Below, one piece after another: positions 38,591 to 50,206 of a DNA stretch of 64,000 nucleotides (positions are counted from its first letter, which is position 1; every line of letters begins with the position of its first letter). The translations under genes were made by a program, and so were the position numbers. The notes beneath the pieces are model-generated. The model did not search any database and was not told the origin of the DNA. It saw only the letters and a list, made by a program, of their open reading frames with translations. The DNA is from Styela clava (taxonomy: Eukaryota), in NCBI RefSeq assembly GCF_964204865.1, contig NC_135250.1:4836001-4900000 (forward strand), given 5' to 3'.

Positions 38591-38934
38591 CTCTATTAGC
38601 TCGTTCTTTACTAACATATGTTTTTATCTCATTATTTACTTTCATTTCTAGTGAGGTGATCGATTTGACTTTATCTTTATTGCTATATTATTTAGAAAAG
38701 GGGTGGCCAAACCATTTCGTGCGCACCCCTTCTCTAGGAGATAGTTGTGGACATTTTTTACAACTTTATACGAAATTTTGATTTATTTTCAACTTCATTT
38801 AAACTAATTACAAAATATATTCAAAAATATTTTCTCAGAATGTATTCGAAATAGTAAAACATTCGGTTGTGTTCATCCATGCTCCGGATATTTAAAATTT
38901 CGACTCCGCCTCCGCAACAATGGTCAAACCCTTT

Positions 38935-41492
38935 TCAAATTCTTTTCTCGCAAAGATATTTCATTGATATACTACATGTTATATCATTCAACTTCCACGA
39001 ATTGTCAGCGACGTAAAAATGCACGCAATCTTCACCCATTCCGTAGCCATTGGGTTCTCCTGTGTTCCAATCAGTATTTTCTTTAGTCGATTGTAAACCA
39101 TCAGCCCATATAAATATTCCGTCATGACCAATATCATCCAGGCCAACCCAAGTGTCATATTCCCCTGCCTTTATCATTGGAAGCAATTCGCTGCAATACA
39201 AACAAGAGATTTATGCTCAAATATAAGGATACGAAAGCCAAAACGAAGTAGTACCGGTATCAAATCTTTTACAGTAAGATATCGGTAGTCTTCCCGACCT
39301 CGACTGGCTGGTAATCCCGTGGTGTGTGTACCAGGTTAGGGTCAAGGCATAATTGTATTCCGATTTTCTTTATTTTAGTTCTATAACGAGTTCGGGGACT
39401 GTCTGTGTTAGTCAAATGAATATAAGCCCTGCCCATAGGATTCAGTCCCCTTACACAACTTGATATAATATATGGGAACAAATTAGTTGCCTTCATATTG
39501 GTAAACACACTTCTGGAGCGCCAACTGGCCACTGTCCATTTGCAATCGCAGAACCACCACACGGTGCGCAGTTTTGATTTGATGACGTCATCATACAAAA
39601 ACTTCAGAGTGAAAAACGAATTCCAAAGAAACGTTTTTGAAATAAATAAAAGTAAAGTAGCGTTCTAGCGACAAAAGCAATCTTCAACCACTGGAAATTA
39701 AAGCGGAAGCGATTACTAGAAGGCGATACTGACAGCCATAAAAAAACAATCCATAGATGTCAAATAGGCCGTGTAAGGTTGAATTGGTTTAAAAATCAAT
39801 ACAGCATTATTATTACTTGCGTATTGCAGGATTTCGAATGCCCACGGCCGCGATATCTGCTGAATAACTCTGAAAATTTGCCTTAGCAGTTGAGTAGTCG
39901 ACTTTATCGTTAAATAATATGTAGAAGTAATTGTTACTGGCTCGGTACCAAGTCTTGAATTTTTCTGTAATGTTCAAAAAAAATGAAAAAGAATTACGAG
40001 ATGGGCGTTTGGCAGGATAGTTCACAAGTTGTTAAAACTTATGAAAAGAACTGCCAAGCATTCGAATTGGAAATGACTCGAACATAGTAAGTTTGCAAAA
40101 TTCAAAATACATAGAGCCTATCACATTCCACTATTCATCAGCTTTTCAATGAAATATAGTCCTATCTGGTGCAGAATAATTGTCAAATACCAAACCACCT
40201 AATAATCAAACCCAAGTATTTCTTTCAATAATTATTTCTCAATACAATAAATGACTATTATATTTTACCATTCAACTCTTTTACAGCGACATCTTCTCTC
40301 ATTTGTTTGAGAACACCTAAAAAGTGGAAATTTATAAATTATCTAATCTTTGAATAACATGATAATATAATATTTCACATTGTTGCACAAACTTTTTCAA
40401 GGGAAAACTTTATTTCGACATTATGGCACGGAAAATTTTCATACAAAAATAATGAGTTTTCAATAGGAGGGAATGATGGCTTGTCACTAAAGCAAAAAAA
40501 AATTTGCGTCATTGACTAGGTCTTATGTAAGGGAATATCAGTGTCTGTTTACATAGAGTGGAAAGCGCGAATAAATGTCTTATGAAAAATGAATATTAGT
40601 TGAAATACATCTAATCTTCAAGTCTCATTATCTGATTCTGCTCTTGTGTCGGTACTCCTGTAGTATGTGAACCAAGATGTGAGTAAAAAAAACTATACCT
40701 TCAGCACTGGGATTGTTACAATCGCCAACAGAGACCCAACGTCCATCCTTCCACTTTGTAAGGCAGTGACCATCTGAATTTTAGATATGAAGAAAATTTA
40801 TAAATCAGTTGACTTTGGCAAAAATGCGTCGTTGCCCAGTTTACAACGCTTAGTCTGTATAGTTACGGTTGCAACGACACTAATATTTGAATGGAACCCA
40901 GAGACTGTACTGGGGGAGCGCTAGGATCCCACGGAAATCTCGTTGAAAACCACTGCTCTAAACCACGGGTGTGCAACCTGCTGCCCGCGGGACAAATGCG
41001 GCCCACAAAGAAAAATTGTGCGGCCCGCGGGGAAGTGACAATTTTGAATGGTGTGTGGCCCACGAAACGAGTTTCAATTTAGTTTAATCTAGTACGTGCA
41101 AGTAATTGAAACTCCTTTGAGTTGCAAAGCCTATTCTTGAGCCCGAGCAAAGCAAACAACGCATGTCATAAGACCAATAACCAACGTTTTTGTGCCTGCA
41201 ACTACTGGAATGCCTGCCTTGAATGAAGATGCGAACCGTGTATTTATTTGTAACTGCCCCTTCTGTAATAAAGCTTGCACACCCGTGCTCGAAACTATGG
41301 TCGCTTTCAAGAAGATCGTTTTTTCCTTCGGGCAGAATTGTATGAAAAATTATAATTGAGATGTTGTTATTATTACATCATAGTTTTGAATAATTCATAA
41401 AACATTATTTACTACATTACTGTTGTCTTACCTTGTTCAGTCATCCATATATTCGTCATAAAAATAAAACTGATAATGACAAAACATTTCAT
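38935..41492 (-). CDS. CTL-F: secreted C-type lectin, EPN motif (5 exons, ~195 aa); first CRD Cys replaced by Phe
   Basis: Exons 41492-41432 (MKCFVIISFIFMTNIWMTEQ), 40773-40699 (DGHCLTKWKDGRWVSVGDCNNPSAE), 40316-40269, 39964-39817, 39190-38935 join in frame (588 nt). CRD has WNTGEPNG..EDCV..WKLND. Confidence 0.85.
40964..41287. mobile_element. hAT-type MITE (GCGGCCCGCGG family; also ~36874-37040, ~42158-42460, ~46520-46773)
   Basis: TIR CACGGGTGTGCAA, flanks CTCTAAAC/CTCGAAAC. Confidence 0.8.
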
Positions 41493-42539
41493 TTTTCTTG
41501 AAATACAGTAGATCACCAAGAAAAATTAAAAGAGAACCTTATTGCTGATCAGTAGAAATTGTTGTCTCAGTAAATCTTGTTTCCCAGCCAGTTTCCTTTA
41601 GTATAAGTTAAGTTCTATCAATAAATGTAACTTGCTTACAGCTGAAATAAATGTGTGAGTTAAAATCCGTGTTTTTTAATAATAGTATTGGAGAGAGTGT
41701 CGAAGAAAAACAAAATCAACTGTTGGTATTTTCATGAGGATCTGATTTTTACTGTACGTTCACGACCCTATTTCCTGGTTGAACGAAGGGCCATCCATTG
41801 AAAAATAAAGAAATGCAATCAATAGCTGAAATAACGCAGATGCGAAGCGGTTCACTGCTCTGGTGACAATCAACATTAGATTATCAGATAACACACATAC
41901 GAATAACATTATGTATATATATACTAATTTTTAATGGTTTGGAAAACTTGGAAGTTTAAACCAGAACTAGGTTATATGTGCGATACGTGATTTTGATCTA
42001 TGCAATCTTAATAAAATTCCAATTTAGCAAACCACCACTCGACATGAACTGGTAACCAAACGAGTCACCGTGGTTCGTCACATGATCGGTCGTCTTAAAG
42101 GTTTTTTTCTCCACTGGGATGAATGTGAAATCCCTCCCTTAAAACAACAGTTTGGATCAAGGTTGTGAAAAGTTAACTGCGGCCCGCGGGCCAAATGCGA
42201 CCCACAAGAAAAATTGTGCAGCCCGCGGAGAAGTGCCAATTTTGAACGATGTGCGGCCCGCAAAACGAGATTTTAATTTAGGATAATCTAGTACGTGCGA
42301 GTAATTCCAATTCCTTTGCGTTGCAGAGCCTATACCTTGTAAGCTTGTAATTTTGTGCCTGTAACTACTGCAATGCCTATGTTGAATGAAGGTGCGGCCC
42401 GCGGTTTCAATCAGTTATTTGTATCTGGCCCTTCTATATTAAAAGTCACACACACCCCTGGTAGATAATATTTTACAATATCTCTATCTCCATCTCTATA
42501 CTATAAGCATACGACCCATGTACCACACGAAAAAAATCC

Positions 42540-45500
42540 TAAAACAACATCATGAGCGACAAAGATAAATCCGTGTGGGATCTAAACATCACTGACCAAT
42601 GTTTGTTTCTTAGAAGTGAATGTTCGTTAGGAGATCGATAGCGATCTGCATTTTGTAGTGACGAACAGCTTTAAATCTGTATTGCTAATTTCTAGCATGT
42701 TTTATCTTCAGAGGGCAACGAACCTTGATGGCATATTCTTTATTCAATGACCCCCATATGACGCTTCATTATTATTGTACAAGGAAATTGAATTGGCCTT
42801 TTAAGCTGAGGTGACGAAATAGCTCGAGCGCGATGCTTTATCAATGACACTATAGCATTTTACAATAATTACTATTCTAGAAATTTATTGGGTATATTTT
42901 TTAGCGAGGTTGTAGGTAGTATTGAATCGAAACTGTATTATAAAAAAGCTAAGGACCCGATAGCGTGTAATATAATTTCAATTTTTAAAAAAATGAGGTG
43001 GTCTATTTTGCAGAAAACAATTTAGCGAGATTTAATATTTAAAGCAAAATATACCAAAATAAAATTATATCTAATTTTTCTTGTAATTGCCATTTTACTT
43101 TTAGCCTGTTCAGCAAAACAAGGTAAGCTGAATGATACAATAACCTGCATTTTTGGCGCTCCCGTAGTATGTGCACCAAGATGGTGGACACCGGAACGTA
43201 CTATGTGTACCAGGTTAGGGTTAGGCCATAATTTTATTCCAATTTTCCTTCTTTCAGTTCTATTACGAGTTCGGGGAATAATCAAGTGACTCCCGTAGTA
43301 TTTGTACCTGAAATTAATGGCCCAACCCTAACCTGATACACATACTACGTTCCGGTGTCCGCCATCTTGGTTCACATACGGCATAAGTACCCAGTATTTT
43401 GTATAATAAAAATCAATTTTTTTGACAGTCGGTCATTGTTTTTATATAATACGTACTCGTACGTCAACTCCGAACAAAGCCTTGCACAGGCAGTCATCGT
43501 TGGGTGAGGATAGGCTTACCATATATAAAAAAAAACGAAGAATTGGACAAACCTTTGGTTCAATTACGAGGCTTACTTTGTATATAAAAATCTTATGAAT
43601 ATGATAACCAAATCATTAGAAAATGCGCTCTTTTTCGGCATTGTGGATAATTTAATGGCAGTACGGCTAAGATTAGATAATGAATTGAAATATTAAACAT
43701 ATATATAATAGTTATGACAGTAGTTTTCTCATTCTCTTACTGAAGTAGTGATGTGAGTCGCAAATCAGCAATAAAATAGACTCCCTCCATTAACATCCAT
43801 TGTCCCGGCTAAACCAGGACGTATGGATAAGCCTAGGTCAGGGGTGGGCAACCTTTTTCGGCTCACGTGCCCATATCGGCTAAATTTAACGACAAAATTC
43901 TTCCGCGTGCCAACCAAAATTAAAAACAATGCTTTGTTACTTTTAAAGCAAAAATACACAATTATAAACCTTCTAAACATGTAAGCTACAGACAGATTCA
44001 CTATTCGGGAAAATATCAGTCCGACAAATAGATTTTATTACTTTTCTTATTCTATATCAGTGATACTTCTGCTGCTGCATTACCGTTGATAGAGATTTAC
44101 ATTGAAAGAAAGTTACGAACTACTGGTTTCATCTTCCAGGTTACTCCTGTTATGAGACTTAATAAAGTTCATAACTGAGAAACTGTAGATAAAAACATGC
44201 AGTTGCAAAGTTTTTGAGGCACGAAAAATTCTCGGGAATGGCTTCCCAATCACGCGATAGTTCGTTTTCTGCACTTCTCTCTTGTATTCCCTTCTATAAT
44301 TGCTTATATTTCTTTCAAAATCAATTTATTTCGGTAAGTTAGCAAGTAACTCTAACCAACATGAGCTGTACAACCCCATAAATCAATCAGAAATGAAAAA
44401 AAATGGTGGCACAGACTATATATTACGTAACAATGAACCCCCCAATGAATGCTGTGTCTCGTTACAATTCGTCAAGAGCTAACTCAGTTGTTACGTCATA
44501 ATATATTTCTTTGTAGCCATATGTCATGAAAAGACAAAAAGAGTTTAAAATTTCAAATGAATAACAGATTGTTAACAAACGATAATGAATAAACAAACAC
44601 CGAGCTTCATCAGATAAATCAGAGCCTCGAAACTTTTTATTTGAAAGAGAATGATCTCGTTTCTGAGGCCTCGCTCGCGTGCCGAATAAATGGGCTCGCG
44701 TGCCAAGTTTGGCACGCGTGCCAGGGGTTGCCCACCCCCTGGCCTAGGTAAACCATAGCTTAATCTTCCCAGACCGGGATTGCTTAACCAATTTATAACA
44801 CCCGGGTGGGCACGGAATTTTAATCGGGATTTCAACATACGATGTCATAAGTTGAAGTCCAACGGATTACCCAGTTAGGTTACCGTGGCCCACTCTATTA
44901 CAAGAAGATTCCGGAGTTTTATTTAAAAAAATCAGAATTCTAACTAACTTTGATAAGTAAATTTTGCCATGGCGCAAAACGTGATCAGTATTCTATTCAG
45001 TTTACATACCGAGAGTGATAATTATGTTTTGGGTTGGAGCACAGGACTCAATCATGTTGACATCACATGTTATAAACCTCGGGTTCAAATCTCATGCGTT
45101 TCATTTACCCAGAAGTCGTTCGCTTTAGTACGGGGTTTTCATACTTAGCAGTTACTTACATGTCGTTAAATATCAGTGGCTGCTTCTGTACAAGGCCTTG
45201 TCAGGAGCGAATTAAACGGATACCTAAACGATCGTGGGCGACCGGTAGGCTCATATATTCTGTGATGTTAATTACGAAAACAATGATTATACAGGTCAAA
45301 CGTCGAATACCGAGCAAGCTTACGCAGAGGGTGTGTGAGTGAGGGTTAATCCCAATTATCTAAATAATGAGCAACGCTCGGAATATGAAACATAAGGTCA
45401 GATAACAGATACGACCACCGTAATGTCAGTAAATGATAATTTTATAAGAATTGCAACGTATGCAATATGAATATGACGTTATGATCCCAATTATCAAAAT

Positions 45501-45620
45501 AATGAGAAATGTTCAAATATGAAACAGAATGTCAAATGAAATATATGGCCACTGTTATGTCTATAAGTGTTGATGACAGAAAAATTTTACCGAATGCCAT
45601 ATTAAACGTGTGCCGGTGAA
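42540..45620. repeat. Inverted duplicate of ~23965-25930 (upstream region, signal exon and intron 1 of CTL-C/H type)
   Basis: Reverse-complement matches at 42546~25925, 43059-43122~25387-25324 and 45620~23968, interrupted by a hAT insertion. Confidence 0.9.
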
Positions 45621-48318
45621 CGTTTCTAGCAGTTGTGGTAGTGTCGACTTTACTTCGAGTGGGACGTTAAAACGCTACTTGCAGAAGTAAATTAGATTGA
45701 AAAGTTATTGAGAAAATGAATCTCTGCATTATAGGAACGCTTTGCTTGTTCATCATTAATATATCTTTGGTTGGAGGAGGTAATTTTTGCATTTTTAAAT
45801 TTTTTTTTATTTTATTTTTTTTTTATTGTGATAAGTAAGCACGAATGGGTGCGATGACCAAGTTGTCGAAGCGTTAGATTTAACTATGTTGGCATCGCAG
45901 ATCCCCACCTCACCCAGTGCGTAATAAAGTGGGAACTCTATGGCGAACCGAATATATATTATTCTTTACCTAATTTTGTTTGCCTACTTTACTTCTAGTT
46001 GTATAAAGGGAATGAAACCTGTGGGCAGGGGGTATATTTACTTGGATAACATAGGTATTCTCGCACTAGTAATGGAAATAAAACTAGGAAAATCGGAATA
46101 AAATTATTGTCTAACCTCAACCTGGTACATACACTACATACCTTGTTGTACCTTGTACCTTGTACCGAGCAGCGAGTACACCGTATAACAATTGGAAATT
46201 TTCTGAGTATTTTTCTGGGTCGTTTCAAATCTAAATACGTATTGTGCGCATTTATGTTCAGGTGGTCATTGTTATACAAAATGGAAGAATGGACGCTGGG
46301 TTTCGGTTGGAGATTGCAACAATCCCAGTGCTGAAGGTAATTTTATATTTCTATTAAATTTCGATTAATCTGAGTGGCGGTGTTAGAGTCGAAGTGTGAT
46401 TGTTGAATTACCAAGAACCTTTAGGTCCAACGTTGAGGAAACGGGATATAAGAATGTATAAACGACTTCTTTCTATAAGGAAATAAATTATAATTACATA
46501 CAGTGATTAATATTTTACAGCAGTGGTGTGCATCTGCGGCCCGCGCGCCAAATGCGGTTCACAAGGAAAAGTTGTGCTACGCACGGAGAAGTGCCAATTT
46601 GGAATGTTGTGAGGCCCGCGAAACGAATTTTTAATAAATTTAATTATAATTAACCAAAATTTTTGTGCATGCATCTACTAGAAAATCTATGTTAATTTGA
46701 ATAAACGTGCGACCCGCAGTTTCACCCGGTTATTTGTATCCGGCCCTCCTGTAATTAAGGCTGCACTCCCCTGTTTTACAGCATTCAGTACAGCGATTGA
46801 TTAAACCCAAATATAGGGAAATTTAAAATAAACAGTCTTGAGAAATTGAGAAAAACATATATTTTTGATTTTTAAACTTCAACTTTTTTATTGAAACACT
46901 TTGGTGAATATGTCTTTAAACTTTGATTAGAAACTTAGTCTAAAAAGCAACTATTCTTTGTAAGTTTGTCGTTTTTTTTTTAAATTCAATATTCGTCTTT
47001 TTGTCTTAGATGGTTTAGATATTTTTTTATTTTAAACTTCTGTGTCAAATCTTTTTCAATGCATTTAGTATACCTGGCTTCCTGTCTCGTGATTTTTCGA
47101 AAGGTTTACTCACTAATTAAATTAGGCCTATTGTGTCTTGGCAATAAAAAATAAACGCTCTCACATTTTACTAACTCGAACTTCAACCTTTATTTATAGA
47201 TGTTCTGGAACAACTGAGAAAAAGTGTCAAAGCAAAAGGTGAACTATTTATCTCATTTTGATTTGAACTAATTTTGAGACTGCTTTCAATATCTTTTACC
47301 AAAAAATCGAATCATAAAAATGTTATAAATTCATTATCACAAGCCAAGAGCATATGGCGTATAAAATTTATTGATTCCACAATTTCTTTAACATGCTCTG
47401 CACATGCATAAGTTGAGTTTACCGGATGTAAATTAAGAATTAGCGTACGGCGATGGCTTATTATGGCTCTAAAATAGTAACGCCGGAAATTTAATTATAT
47501 ATATGTATATATTATTATATAAATATGTACAGATGACCTCAAGACATGGGATAAATCAAGCAACAATTATTATTACAAACTATTTCGAGACCCAGTCAAC
47601 TACGCGACTGCAAAATCAAGTTGTCAAAAGTTAGGAGCCGATCTTGCATCAGTGGGAGTAAGGAATGCTATCGTCCGCAGGTTGGTTGATTATTTTTGGA
47701 AACATCAAGTAGACATATTACTTGGCATATGAATTACTTAGATTTTAAAATACATTAGGATCTCATTAATCATGGCTATATGGAACCACAGTCGGATTTT
47801 TAAAATACCCGGATTCTGAAATTGTAGTCAAATTTACAAAGCTTTCCTAATTAACAGTGTATCGAATTGCATAGCCAAAGCTTTTGTTGTTATTAAATGT
47901 TAAATTTTCTCGGAAATGTCGTCGGAGCCAAAATGTTTTCAACCCAGAATCGTTGAAGTTCGTTGAAGAGCATTTTTAAAATATGATGCCCAAAAGATTA
48001 CCTCAATTTAAAGAATTTTAACTTTTTGATTGAATAATTTGAATATTCATTTTTATTTGCAGCAAAATACTCCAAATGGTAAAGTCAGGAGGAGAAAATA
48101 CTTGGGTTGGCCTGGATGACATTGAACACGAAGGAAGATTTGTTTGGGCTGATGGCCTTATTTCAACAAGAGAGAATACCGATTGGACTGCTGGACAACC
48201 GGACGACTACGGAGAGAATGAAGATTGTGGAGAGTTCAATCGTGACCAAAACTGGAAGTTAAATGATTTCCGATGTTCAGAACGCCAATATTATATTTGC
48301 GAAAAAGGACGATTTTAA
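43059..48318 (+). pseudogene. CTL-G: mosaic C-type lectin, QPD motif; frame intact but start codon is ATA
   Basis: Exons 43059-43122, 46262-46336, 47200-47238, 47533-47680, 48063-48318 join in frame (582 nt). ccaaaATAAAATTATAT replaces the ccaaaATGAAATTATAT of C and H. Confidence 0.75.
43839..44741 (-). mobile_element. hAT element, longer relative of 32564-33119
   Basis: TIR CAGGGGTGGGCAACC with perfect TSD GCCTAGGT. Absent from the paralogous site near 24615. Confidence 0.9.
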
Positions 48319-49684
48319 ATGACATTAGTGAATGCGATTTCAATTAAAGATTTGTTATAGCGTGAGGTCTACCACGCCATAGCATGTATGTAGTAACGTA
48401 ACTTAAAGTCGGCGGTCAAATCCGGCTCAATAGGTAACTCGATCTGGCCTGCCTGATGTTGCCACAACCAACTATAAAACCACCTTTTTTTTAGCTAAAA
48501 TAAATTGAAATTGATGAGATTGCGATTAAATTTAGTTTTGGCACGAGGCTTATTGTTTTCCACCTTTGCTTTTCAAACACTGTAAATATTGTTCATAAAA
48601 AGTAACTTTTTACGTCACTCTTACATGACCCGCCAGTCTACATGGTCAAAATTTCTGGCCCCTGGTCCAAAAACCTTGCCAACCCCTGAGACGATAACCA
48701 GCGTTGAAAATGAAAATAATCGCAACCTACCTATTCTCAAATCTAATTGATTGTTTGGTTACCAGAACGTCTACATTTCAACAAATAATTTATTTCTTTG
48801 TTGGAAGTTTTATCTTCATAATTTTATTCTATATACACAATATTTAATCCCATTTTTATTCATGTTTGTTAAAATCCATCACATTTTTGTAATTAATTTG
48901 TATATATTTGTTTTGTATTGCAGGTTTGATATATAAATTTATGTTTTTCATCTTTCTTGCTTATTTTTTGATTCAATATTTAATCAAATTGATGCGTATA
49001 TATATACAATAAACTATAAGTCTATACATAACTACTTTATATTTTGCATTCCAAATCGGCATATTATTTGTATTCTGATGGAATATGAAAATAAAATTGT
49101 TTTGTATATAAAAGAGAAGCATGTGAAGCATGTCGAAAATCAATCAATAAATCAATCAAATCAGGGAATTCACAAAAACGAGCACAGTGAAAGAAAAAAC
49201 GAGAATAAATTTATGCATTTGTCAAAATGAACAGGACAACAGCAAATTTATTGGTCTACTTGTCAGTAGGGCTGGCCATTTTTGAATACCTGCTGATTTC
49301 AGAAACGAATCGAATATTGTTTTCTAATCAAATCGAACCTGCGTACTTGGGAAATATGTAATTGTGTGAGACTTTTTTATTTCAATTGGTCCTCCAAACA
49401 CATAAATTACTGAAAACTTAAAATTCATCACTCAAACAGTTCGCTACGTGTTTACATACAAAAAAAACATAATTTACCAATAACTCTCTATAAAATAAGG
49501 AAACAAAATGCATTGTAAAAGTATGACTCTAATAAAAAAAAATTTGGGGAATCCATCTCAACCTTTGGCGGCGAAAAAACAAAGCGGCGGCAATTCGATT
49601 CGATTAAAATGTTACTTGTCAACTTGAGGTTAATACTTTTGAACATTATTGTTAATACAAATCAAACATATAGTACTCTTTTAC

Positions 49685-50020
49685 ATAATGCAAATATTTA
49701 AATTTAGTTCAAAGATATGTGTCTAGTCATAAATCAAATTTTTCGGTGAGTTATAAACAAATGCAAAAATCCTCAATTTTCTGAATTCAATAACAAAGAA
49801 ATGCAAAATCAATTCACCCGAAAATGATTAAAATGCAAATATTTAATCCATGATTAGATAGATTTGCATAATAACTCATTACAAACCAAATTTTTCAGTG
49901 AGTTATAAACGAGATACATTTAATGCAAAAACACTTCCTTCCTGAATTCAATAAAGATATAAGTAATATTTAAGAAACGAAAAAAACTCAAAAATAAATT
50001 TGCATGAAAATGCAAATACT
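49685..50020. promoter_or_regulatory. Cluster of octamer motifs in a diverged tandem duplication
   Basis: ATGCAAAT at 49688, 49833, 50010; ATTTGCAT at 49862, 49998; three further ATGCAAAA. Function not demonstrated. Confidence 0.4.
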
Positions 50021-50206
50021 GAATTCCTGCTTTTGTCTAATAACGAAGAACATGAAATGACATTAAAAAAAAAAACTTAAATCGGCATAAAATCTTGGCC
50101 CAACCCTAACCTGGTACACACGCTATGTTCCGGTTTACATACAACGGGAGTACCAAAATATCAGCCAATCACAAAAGAAATGAGAATAACAACAGAATCA
50201 AGTATT

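Noticed and set aside
45094-45342. ORF 'VRFSTGFS..CTRPCQER..' recurring at 24172-24399 and 55050-55364; candidate 132-nt exon 45113-45244
   Set aside because: It lies in duplicated intron 1, so conservation is expected. The acceptor is deleted in C and shifted out of frame in H, and related sequence near 17690 suggests a dispersed repeat.
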